64,000 nucleotides of DNA from Macrostomum lignano (taxonomy: Eukaryota): assembly GCA_002269645.1 (NCBI GenBank), contig NIVC01001839.1, forward strand, positions 1 to 64,000, written 5' to 3'. Shown here one piece after another: positions 24,242 through 36,600 of the stretch. Both the position numbers and the translations under genes were made by a program. Below the pieces are notes generated by a model that saw only the letters and a list, made by a program, of their open reading frames with translations, was not told the origin of the DNA and ran no database searches. Position 1 is the stretch's first letter, and every line of letters starts with the position of its first letter.

Positions 24242-24469
24242 GTTTGTTTGTTTGTTCGTTTGTTTATTTGTTTGTTTGTTTGTTTGTTTTATAATCTTTA
24301 TTTTGACGCTTACTAACGAATTCCCCGCACCGATACTAAGGAATTCCTTATTAGGTGATTAGAAATTACCAATTAGGCGATTAATCAAGAAATTTCCCAA
24401 CTGAAAATACTTGGAAACCTGGACAGAAATTAGAAATTTCTAATGAAGAGCAACAATTCTATTATAAGA

Positions 24470-24860
24470 AGCAACAATTTCTCAATAGGCAACAAGAATT
24501 CCCCAATCTAAAGCAAGAATTCCCCAATCGAAAGCAAGTATTCCCCAATCGGAAACAAGAATTTCCCAATCGGAAATGAGAATTCCCCCATCGGAAACAA
24601 TAGTTCCCCAGTCGGAAACAAGAATTCCCCAATCGGAAACAAGAATTCCCTCATCGGAAACAATAGTTCCCCAGTCGAAAACAATAGTTCCCCAGTCGGA
24701 AACAAGAATTTCCCAATCGGAAACAAGAATTCCCTCATCGGAAACAATAGTTCCCCAGTCGGAAACAATAGTTCCCCAGTCGGAAACAAGAATTCCCCAA
24801 TCGGAAACAAGAATTCCCTCATCGGAAACAAGAATTCCCCACTCAGAAACAAGAATTCCC
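24470..24860. repeat. 21-bp minisatellite (ATCGGAAACAAGAATTCCCCA)n in GPCR intron 2, preceded by (TTTG)n at 24243-24290
   Basis: Direct reading. Confidence 0.93.
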
Positions 24861-24875
24861 TAAACACATCCGCAG

Positions 24876-25083
24876 ACGCTCGTCCGTTCCTCTCAATGAT
24901 TCCGAGAACATTCACCAGCAGCAACAGACTCTGGAGCAGCAGAAGCAGCAGCAGCCACTAAAGCAGAAAGATGCGGATGAAATAGAAGACGACGAACACT
25001 CGTCCAGTTCTGCTGAAGACGAGAGCGGAGCGCAAACCGCAGCTCTGGTCACCGTGCTGGTGGACACGTCTGTTCAAGATTGA
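24876..25083 (+). CDS. Class A GPCR exon 3 (acidic/polyQ C-tail, ends DTSVQD*)
   Basis: Acceptor CCGCAG|A is phase 2, consistent with exon 2, and gives 69 open codons to TGA. Total CDS is 1407 nt (468 aa). Confidence 0.75.
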
Positions 25084-25664
25084 CTTAACTACGAGCAAAA
25101 CGAATTAACCAATTGTATCTTTATCGCTGAGTAGCAACCTGCAGTAGCTACTTGGGTAAATTTTGTAAATACATACGTAAGGAGTTTTAAGTCACAATTT
25201 AGACCACTGAATGTCTGAAGTGAAACATTTTTAAAGAACTGAGAATACCGTAGCAAAAAAGACCCGACTATTTTTATGCTAATTTACCATTTACATTGTA
25301 CGCTATTGAAATATATTTCACGAATATTTAGATTTGATACCTTAAATGCTTAAATAAGTTTGTTGGCACTTTACAATAGTCTCTTTTAACTCTCTGCTTA
25401 CTCTAGACTACAGCTTCGGTTGTTATTTTAGCCCGGTAGTCAACCAAATCTTGCAAACCATCCTAACCTGAAATTGTAAGAGTTTGGAAGGCTGTGCATG
25501 ATGTGTACACTCTTATTTAGATATTTCACGCGTACCAAAAGTAAAAATCGAAATATATGAATATATAATTAGATTGCTTTCCCTACTCTTACTAAATCTT
25601 ATTTACTGTTATTTGATTAGAGCCGCGTACTTATTTTAGGATGGGAGAGGAAGATAGTATGGGA

Positions 25665-25940
25665 GAGCGTGCTGTGAGCCAGCCAATGAGAGCAAGCTGA
25701 GAGTTAGAAGGGTAGACGCAGAAGCGTTGATAAGTGGGAAACGAGCGTACAATGATCCAGCCAATAAGAGTAAGCTGAGGGGTAGAGGTGCAGAGGGGTT
25801 GATAGTGGGAAAGGAACGTGCTGTGAGCCAGCCAATGAGAGAAAGCTGGAGGGTAGAAAAGTAGGCACAGAAATGTTGATAAGTGGGAAAGGAGTGTACA
25901 GTCAGCCAACCAATAAGATACGGCTGAAGGGTAGACAGTA
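25665..25940. repeat. Four degenerate ~70-80-bp repeats, each containing a CCAAT box
   Basis: CAGCCAAT(G/A)AGA...AAGCTG...GGGTAGA...GTTGATA(A)GTGGGAAA recurring near 25680, 25758, 25828 and 25908. Confidence 0.75.
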
Positions 25941-26529
25941 AAATGAGATGTCGCGAAACGAACAGTGAGCTCAGTAAGCCGGCTCATTAGGCAGAAACTG
26001 TGGAGTGGAATTGAAAATGTAGAAAAAACCCAAATGTAGTAAAATAGAGGACGAAAAATAGAAAGAACGTATATAATCTGAACGACATGGGGATATCATG
26101 AGTTTTTTTACTAGGTGTAGGAACCATTATTAGGGTCGAATCCCACAAAGTCAGCTTTGCCAATTGAGTGTATGTACTGCTTTTTGTGAAAATCGACCAG
26201 ATGTCCAACACAAACAGAGGCACTCTACATTATGGATCGACGCTCATGATGCAGACAACTGTGAGCGTCAGTGACAAATTGCGGTTGCAGTCAGCACTCT
26301 CGATAGCACTTCACTATCGGCTGAGGGCAATTTTTCTTTTAATCAGAATCCCCTTCAGGCAACAGCTCAAATTTTCGTCCGCGATCGTCATCAAGCTAAG
26401 GGCTCACTGCACATTGAGAGCGGCGACTGTGGCGAGGATTAGAGCGTACTGATTTGAATAAATTATTCAGAATGAAGAGGACACGGCTGGGCTTCACTCT
26501 CTGTAGTAAGAGTGTTAGAAAGCGAGGCC

Positions 26530-26915
<386 letters not shown>

Positions 26916-27359
26916 ATAACAAGGTTAAATCGCCTGCCATTCTCAGAGTCACCTACTTGCTGTCAGACGCACTGCTGAATGCATAATCGAAAAAAGGAAC
27001 TGAGAAGTGTTCTGATAGAGAAATCCAAGGATATCCGCTGGGATTCAAGCGGTTGTCAGCTTCACCGGAGGAATTTTAAATCTTGTCTGTCACTTACAAT
27101 CTACCATTTTTCATAGATTTTCATTACGAAAAGTGCGCCCAACTGTGCACCAATTTGCTATTGCCACAAGCTGATTTTCGTTGCAATAATGAGGAAAAAT
27201 TGTAACGAGGAACTGACGTGTTGCATTCGCACTCGAGTGCAGCCTGAATTTGAATCAGTTCTAACCCATCTCACCCGCGCTGTCCCCTGGGAGACAGTGT
27301 GGCCAATAAAATTAACCGACTCTAGAAGAGTCTGGATCCCGGAGTGAAATTCAAGTAAT

Positions 27360-27550
27360 ATTCGACATCTTAATATTCATATTCATATAGCTATGTGATT
27401 CACATTCATAATTCATATATGTGATTCATATTCATATTTAATATTCGTGGTTCAAATCCATAATTTATATTCATGATTCATATTCATATTTCATGTTCGT
27501 AATTCATATTCATTGTTCATGTTTGTAATTCCTATTTAAAATTCATCATT
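27360..27550. repeat. Degenerate (TTCATA)n AT-rich repeat
   Basis: Recurrent ATTCAT/TTCATA motifs. Confidence 0.7.
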
Positions 27551-27638
27551 TCTAATTAGTCGTCACGGTATACAGTCACAATTCAGAATTCACATCCCTA
27601 TTCGTAACAAACGCATTATGTAAATATATTTATTAACA

Positions 27639-29206
27639 AAGGGCTGGCCGCCCACTACCGCGAGGTGCTCAGCGCGCCCGCTCCAACTGCGCCTCTTCTG
27701 CCAATCCCAGACTTCGCTCCAGCCCAGCCAGGCGCCTTCAACACCGGCCCCATCACTGCAGGCGAGGTTGACCGAGCACTGAGGACCATGCGAGTTGATG
27801 CCGCCGCTGGGGTGGACGCCATCCCTCCCAGGGTCCTGAAGCTGCCCGAACGCACCCCAACCATCACAAGCCTGCTAAACAAACACTGCAGCCCAGCCTT
27901 GGAGGCAACGAGACCGCCTCAGCTCCTCAGCAATGGCGCACCTCCAAGATTGTCTCCATCCCGAAGAAAGGCGCCTCCACCAGCTTGGACAACCAGCGGG
28001 GCATCGCGCTGGAGTGCACAACGCCGAAGCTGCTGAACGCGACTCTGCGCAACCCGCTGCTGCTGAGCCTCCAAAGCGGCTTCCGCCCGGGGCAGGTCCA
28101 CCACCGAGCAGGTTGCCACCATCCGCTCTGTCATCGAGGCCTGCAAGACCCGCCAGCGCTCCGTGTCAATCATCTTCGTCGACTCTCGCAAGGCGTTTGA
28201 CTCGGTGTCCAGGCCTGCAATTGCGGGGCTTTTATCGCATTATGACGTGCCTGCTGCGCTGGTGAGTGCCGTGGTGGACCTCTACCGCGTCTCCAGGGCT
28301 TTTGTCATGTCGAGCGACGGCCCCACAGAAGAGTTCGGCACCAGCTCAGGCGTCCTTCAGGGCGACACGCTGGCTCCTCTGCTCTTCCTCTTGGTTGTGG
28401 ACTACGTGCTTCGTCGGTTCCTCCGCGAGGATGACAGCTACTTGCTGGTCCCACGCCGAAGCTCCAGACACCCTGATGTTTCGCTTCCCGCTCTCGCGTA
28501 TGCTGACGACATCGCGCTGCTCTGCCGCGACCCAGCTGTGGCCCAGCGCGCTCTCACAAGGCTTTGCGACGAGGATGCCCGTGTTGGGCTGCTGGTGAAC
28601 GCTCGCAAGACGAAGGCGCTGCACGTGGGCACGAATACCGCCCCAGCTCTTACGCTGCCCAATGGAGACCGCATCGCGGTGTGCGAGGTTTTCCGGTACT
28701 ATCTATCCTCCTCAGGAACGTTTTTAATTTAGCTGCCAGAGACGACCTGAAGGTGCGCCTGTTCCGCGCGGCCGTCGAGCCGATCCTGCTGTACGGCATG
28801 GAGGCTGTGCCGCTGACCGAGACGCGAGAGCGAAATCTGGACGCGCTCTGCCGATCGCTGCTGGGCGTGCACTACCCGGATCGCCTGCCGACCAACGCTC
28901 TGATGGCCCGCGCTGGGACGCCGCCCCTGAGCGATCGGCAGAGCTCAGCAGCACCCTGAGCCAGATGCTTCTGGGCCACTGCCTACGGACCCTGGGTCGC
29001 GGCGCGCCCGTCCCGCTGGCCCTGGCCATGCTGCACCGGCCGACCGAGCAATTCCGCCGCGGTCAGGCCCGCACTGCCACTCTAACGGACTGCCTCATCG
29101 CTGACTTGCAGGCGTTTGACCTGACCCCTCAGGCTGCTGCTGCCTGCCCCTCCGGCCTGTTCTGCGAACGCGTGCGCGCAAGGGGCCTCCCCTCTGCGTC
29201 TTAAAA
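27639..29206 (+). mobile_element. 5'-truncated non-LTR retrotransposon, family B (RT; RTE-like), with 18-bp TSD
   Basis: [67 protein letters not shown] and LLGHCLR; frameshifted. TAAATATATTTATTAACA at 27621-27638 and 29207-29224. Confidence 0.95.
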
Positions 29207-29210
29207 TAAA

Positions 29211-29456
29211 TATATTTATTAACATATATTTATTAACATATATTTATTAACATATATTTATTAACATATATTTATTAACATATATTTATTAACATATATT
29301 TATTAACATATATTTATTAACATATATTTATTAACATATATTTATTAACATATATTTATTAACATATATTTATTAACATATATTTATTAACATATATTTA
29401 TTAACATATATTTATTAACATATATTTATTAACATATATTTATTAACATATATTTA
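29211..29456. repeat. 14-bp minisatellite (TATATTTATTAACA)n
   Basis: 17 perfect units plus a partial one. Confidence 0.98.
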
Positions 29457-30109
29457 ATCTTGCCAAATAATTTGCTCGAAACTGCAAAGTGTAGAAAAAG
29501 TTGCAAGTCGCCACTCGTAAACAGAAATTTCTCGCTGGCTAACATTATTTTTAAAAAAGAGCAACTTCGATGCTATTTGACTGCTATCTAATCTCCAACT
29601 TCTAGATCTGGCAACCTTCGCCTTTGACTGAACGAAAATAATATAAAATGAAAAACCCGGTCAAGAAATGACGGAGAGAAGCAATTTGCGAAGAATAAAT
29701 TCGACGCGTTCCCAGGAAAGGATGGAAAGAGGCACGCCTGAGCTATCAGCTATCATCAGAGTGGTGGGGGCTTTTGCCTGTCTTCAACAGGAAGCCCCGG
29801 AATCCCTCGCTATCCCACAATTTCCTGACCAGCACCTGATGTTACAAGTGCTGAAGAAATAAATGAGGCAAGGAATTGTTAATTAAAATAAGTGATGGTT
29901 TTTACCGCTAAATTAAATAACTTGAAGGCTTGATTGATGATGGGCTTACCGGGAGTCTGGATAGACAGCCGAATTTCTATATGCTGCATCTTATCTATAA
30001 AACGAAAAAATAATTTCTATACGGGACAGCGCCGCCTTAGCGGTAAACTGCATTACACAATACTTAACAATTGCAAATATAATTGCAAATAATTCAAATT
30101 AGTTGAATA

Positions 30110-30735
30110 AGGCACCAAAATGAGTGCCTGTGGCGCCAAAATGAGTTTAATGCAGCGCCAAACTGAGTACCTGCAGCGCCAAAATGAGTGCCTGCGGCGC
30201 CGAGATGAGTGGCACCGGCGCTAAAATGAGTGCCTGCACTGCCTGCGGCGCCAAAATGAGTACCTGCGGCGCCAAAATGAGTTGAATGCGGCGCCAAAAT
30301 GAGTTGAATGCGGCGCCAAAATGAGTTGAATGCAGCGCCAAACTGAGTGTCTGTGGCGCCAAAATGAGTGTCTGTGGCGCCAAAATGAGTGTCTGTGGCG
30401 CCAAAATGAGTTTAATGCAGCGCCAAACTGAGTACCTGCAGCGCCAAAATGAGTGCCTGCGGCGCCGAGATGAGTGGCACCGGCGCTAAAATGAGTGCCT
30501 GCACTGCCTGCGGCGCCAAAATGAGTACCTGCGGCGCCAAAATGAGTTGAATGCGGCGCCAAAATGAGTTGAATGCGGCGCCAAAATGAGTTGAATGCAG
30601 CGCCAAACTGAGTGTCTGTGGCGCCAAAATGAGTGTCTGTGGCGCCAAAATGAGTGTCTGTGGCGCCAAAATGAGTGCCTGTGGCGCCAAAATGAGTCCC
30701 AGCGACGCCAAAATGAGTGCCAGCGACGCCAAAAA
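30110..30735. repeat. 21-bp minisatellite (GGCGCCAAAATGAGTGTCTGT)n with a 265-bp higher-order duplication; left arm only
   Basis: Units at 30376 and 30397; variant block TTTAATGCAG at 30146 and 30411. Absent from the right arm. Confidence 0.95.
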
Positions 30736-31849
30736 TCAGTAATATTAACACCGATTCTTTGTTCTTTGATTTTTCGTTTATGAATATTGATGCCTTTGTC
30801 CCTCCCACCGACATAATAATTCATAGATCATAAGATCCAGCACAGGTTTTCTCATTCCACACAAAATTTAAGAATGGTTGTTGGATAGCCACGTGACGGT
30901 GTACATTGGGGAGCACCTGTGGAATAATAGATAAAATTAATTGCCATTATATTGTATGAGAAAAAATTATAGCAGTCAGTAAATTATTTTTTATTACGCC
31001 TATAGGCCTTAATAGTGGACTTATCATCATAAATCTAAAATAAAATTTAACTTCAATAGTAACACAACAGCCGTAAAACAGCCATTGTTTTTATATTAGA
31101 TTCCATGTCTATTAGCATCGACCGTGACCAGCTATTTATGCGACCAAAAATCGCATTAGCGGATTTGTTTGATCTTGGCCGCCAAGGGTCCATCTATTTA
31201 GCCAATCTAATATGCTATTGAGCAATGCAAAGTAGGTATCTACGTTTCTAGATAAGAGTGTTTTAAAATTGCTGGAAAAACAGACGTAATTCTGGGTCAA
31301 TAAAACATGCTTTTAAAATCATATCTGCGCCCAGAAGATTCGCGCTATTGAGTGTTGGGACAATCGGCCCGATCAATATCTGTGAATTTCGTCGAAAAAA
31401 CATGTAATCGATCGACTGAGAGAAATACTCGCTTATCTCTGCATGCAATGCAGTAAAACAAATTCGGTTTTGTCGATATTTCAATATTCGGAATAGCAAC
31501 AGATTATATATTTATAATATTTTTAATACGAACAAAAAATTCAATTATAACTAGAAATAAATATTCAAAGTGAGAATAAATCGTTTGATTTGATTAGTCT
31601 GACTGTCTGTCCGGTCCGCTCTCAATTTTTTGACAGGATCGAGAGACTGACCGAGCCGCCCAGACATCATGCAAATCGATCAGGATACATCAGAACCGAT
31701 TCAGCTTGCTCCTAAATGCTTTTTAATCGACTTCGGAGCTCTGAGGCTGTTGTTTGAGGAATACTTTTTCTCATTTGGATAAAATGCAAGGCATGTTCAA
31801 CAAAAGTACGCTAAGAGAGATAGGAGAGAAAAAGCCAATAAGGGCATTG

Positions 31850-32247
<398 letters not shown>

Positions 32248-33608
32248 TTGGAGGGCATCAAAAATGTTGCATGCAAGCAGCTGAAAAGAGATCGCTGAAG
32301 CATGCAACAGCAATCTTCTAAGAACCGCGGGGAGAAAAGTTCGGGTTAAGCCAGTTGGTTGCAGAAGAGCCGGAAAGTGGCAGATGTGATGCAGCGGGAG
32401 CCAGAGGGAGAGAGGCACCTGAGCAGCTGAACTCCGCAATCATCTCCATACAGCTGATTTCGTCAAGTCATGGAGGAAGAGAGTTCAGTTCCGCTTGATG
32501 AGAGCTGGGAAATTCCGCCTCAACGCTATTTGGACGGGCGATGATGGGGTTTGAGCTGGGGCAGCCATGCAGATGGCAGCGCATCATCACTCAGTCAGGC
32601 AGTCCAAAGGCGTTATCTCAGCCTCTTGAACGCCGTGACAGGGAGAGAGAGACTTAGTTAATTCCGATAAGCCGTCTGAACATTGATTTCTATATAAATG
32701 ATTTAGCTACATGTATAAGTATAAAGGCAGCTATAGTTGTTAATTATTCGCATCGATTCCTGCATGGCAGTTTTATCACCTCGCTAAAGCCGGTAGATAA
32801 ACGGATTGATATTATGTATATTTTCTTCACTGTGCGAATAAATCAAGATGGAAGGCCTCTTATATTCTGGCAATACCTTAATCTGCTAGTTTTATCAATA
32901 GATTAATCAACAAAAGAATTGATCAAATAACCGAATGCGAAGAGGAAAAAGAGAAACTTTGATAAGAACTCGAGGATGGCCGCCCAAGTACGTCTCATGG
33001 CTTGCTGCTTATATTCTCTGAGGAATATGCTCGCTAGTATTTATTCATGGACTGTGGGAAACGCAAATTAAAATTTTCATTTAGTCACTTTCTGCATAGG
33101 TTAGACTACATAATACATGTAAATGTGTGCGGCTGTCTGCTAACAGAGGACGGTTAATCATGGACGGCTAAAGTACATGTACGATCGTAGAAAGGACTCC
33201 GCGAAAAGGTTTTCTTCTTTGAACCTTCGGAGCTTTTGAATTTTAAATGAAAGAATTGTACTTTGTTTATATAAAAAATTATCGCAAATTAAAACGAAAA
33301 TTTCTTGCAACCGTCTAAAAACGAAGTGCATTAAATTCAAGATGGAAGACCGCGAGTATGGTAAGAAGTGTGCGAACGCAAGTGCGGGCCATGCTACTTA
33401 ACAAGTAGCTTTAAAATTTTTTTTGCTCAAAAAATAAAAAAATATGATGAATGCTTATTAATTCATAGTATATTTATTACAAAATCATAATACTGGTGAA
33501 GAAATTGATCTGATTTTTTAAGCACAGTCTCTGAAATCGGACTCATTCAGAATAATTAAAAGGCTTTCTTAGAAAGACGAATAAACATCAAGTCGTCAGA
33601 ATGATCAA

Positions 33609-36600
33609 TCAATTGGTCCATTCTTCCTTCCAGTCGTCTTCAGTCGATTGCCAACTGTCCCGAAGCTGTGAAAATCGATTTTTTTACTTTCTGTTTTACT
33701 TGACTTCAGGGTCTGGGGATTCGGATTTCTGGGTCTGAGGATTGGGATTTCTGGGTCTGAGGATTGAGATTTCTGGGTCAGAGGATTGGGATTTCAGGAT
33801 CTGAGAATCGGAACTTCAGGATCTGAAGGATCGCGGGACTTCATGGTCTAAGGATCGGGACTTCAGGATCTGAGGATCGGGACTTCGGGATCTGAAGATC
33901 GGGACTTCAGGTTCTGAGGATTGGTGAGACTTCAGGATCTGAGGATCGGGACTTCGGGATCTGAAGATCGGGACTTCAGGGTCTGAGGATCGGGACTTCA
34001 GGGTTTGAGGATTGGTGGGACTTCAGGATCTGAGGATCGGGACTTCAGGATCTAAGGATCGGGACTTCAAGTTCTGAGGATCGGGACTTCGGGATCTGAA
34101 GATCGGGACTTCAGGGTCTGAGGATCGGGACTTAAGGATCTAAGGATTGGGACTTCAGGATCTGAGGATCGGGACTCCAGGATCTGAGGATCGGGACTAC
34201 ATGGTCTAAGGATCGGGACTTCAGGATCTAAGGATCGAGACTTCAGGGTTTGAGGATTGCTGGGACTTGAGGATCTAAGGATTGAGACTTAAGGATCTAA
34301 GGATCGGGACTTCAGGATCTGAGAATCGGGACTTCGGGATCTGAAGATCGGGACTACAGGGTCTGAGGATTGGTGAGACTTCAGGATCTGAGGATCGGGA
34401 CTTCAGGATCTAAGGATCGGGACTTCAAGTTCTGAGGATCGGGACTTCGGGATCTGAAGATCGGGACTTCAGGGTCTGAGGATTGGTGAGACTTCAGGAT
34501 CTGAGGATCGGGACTTAAGGATCTAAGGATTGGGACTTCAGGATCTAAGGATCGGGACTTCAGGATCTGAGAATCGGGACTTCGGGATCTGAAGATCGGG
34601 ACTACAGGGTCTGAGGATTGGTGAGACTTCAGGATCTGAGAATCGGGACTTCGGGATCTGAAGATCGGGACTTCAGGGTCTGAGGATTGGTGAGACTTGA
34701 GGATCTGAGGATCGGGACTTCGGGATCTGAAGATCGGGACTTCAGGGTCTGAGGATCGGGACTTCAGGGTTTGAGGATCGGGACTTCAGGGTTTGAGGAT
34801 TGGTGGGACTTCAGGATCTAAGGATCGGGACTTCAAGTTCAGAGGATCGGGACTTCGGGATCTGAAGATCGGGACTTCAGGGTCTGAGGATTGGTGAGAC
34901 TTCAGGATCTGAGGATCGGGACTTAAGGATCTAAGGATTGGGACTTCAGGATCTGAGGATCGGGACTCCAGGATCTGAGGATCGGGACTTCAGGATCTGA
35001 GGATTGGGACTTCAGGATCTGAGGATCGGGACTCCAGGATCTGAGGATCGGGACTCCAGGATCTGAGGATCGGGACTTCAGGATCTGAGGATTGGGACTT
35101 CAGGATCTCAGGATCGAGACTTCAGGGTTTGAGGATTGGTGGGACTTCAGGATCTAAGGATCGGGACTTCAAGTTCTGAGGATCGGGACTTCGGGATCTG
35201 AAGATCGGGACTTCAGGGTCTGAGGATTGGTGAGACTTCAGGATCTGAGGATCGGGACTCCAGGATCTGAGGATCGGGACTTCAGGATCTGAGGATTGGG
35301 ACTTCAGGATCTCAGGATCGAGACTTCAGGGTTTGAGGATTGGTGGGACTTCAGGATCTGAGGATCGGGACTTAAGGATCTAAGGATTGGGACTTCAGGA
35401 TCTGAGGATCGGGACTCCAGGATCTGAGGATCGGGACTTCAGGATCTGAGGATTGGGACTTCAGGATCTCAGGATCGAGACTTCAGGGTTTGAGGATTGG
35501 TGGGACTTCAGGATCTAAGGATCGGGACTTCAGGTTCTGAGGATCGGGACTTCGGGATCTGAAGATTGGGACTTCAGGGTCTGAGGATTGGTGAGACTTC
35601 AGGATCTGAGGATCGGGACTTCAGGATCTGAGGATTTGGACTTCAGGATTCAGAGAATTTAAAACTTCAGGATCAGGACGATTTATGACTGCAGAGTGAC
35701 TCTCTCAAGTCAAGGATAGAAGTTTCGAGACTTGAATTATTAGTTTTAAATAAACAAGCTTTTAAATAAACAAAAAAACAAAAAGATCACTCACAAACAG
35801 ATTCCCCTGCAGCTGCACTCCAACCACCTGAAGCAGCAGCTGCCGCAGCTGCCAGCCTCCCAGAGCATTGATGGGGCCGCTCTCCAGTCGCAATCGGTCG
35901 CGCACAAGTCGCAGTGCAGTCGTCTTTGCAGACCCTCCACTCGAGCTGGCGGTCGCGGCAGTTGAGGTCAGACGATCGTGAAGACGCTGGGAAAAATGTT
36001 TGGAACAAGTTTTTTTAATTGGCTGTCACTGTCGACAGTCCAGGATATCCAATTTCAATATAGATATCCCATTCTCTGTAGTCAAAATATTCCCGATTCT
36101 CTCTCCCTACCCTAGATATTCCACTCTCCCTACCCTAGATATTCCACTATCCCTACCCTAGACATCCCCACTATCCCTACCATAGACACCCAACTCTCCC
36201 TACCCTAGATATTCCACTCTCCCTACCCTAGATATTCCACTCTCCCTACCCTAGACATCCCACTCTCCCTACCCTAGACATCCCCACTATCCCTACCATA
36301 GACACCCCACTCTCCCTACCCTAGATATTCCACTCTCCCTACCCTAGATATTCCACTCTCCCTACCCTAGACATCCCACTCTCCCTACCCTAGATATTCC
36401 ACTCTCCCTACCCTAGATATTCCACTCTCCCTACCCTAGACATCCCACTCTCCCTACCCTAGATATTCCACTCTCCCTACCCTAGATATTCCACTCTCCC
36501 TACCCTAGACATCCCACTCTCCCTACCCTAGATATTCCACTCTCCCTACCCTAGATATTCCACTCTCCCTACCCTAGACATCCCACTCTCCCTACCCTAG

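Noticed and set aside
30094-30824. ORFs with AAGTHFG or WRRHSF repeats
   Set aside because: Translations of the 21-bp minisatellite; the segment is absent from the other arm.
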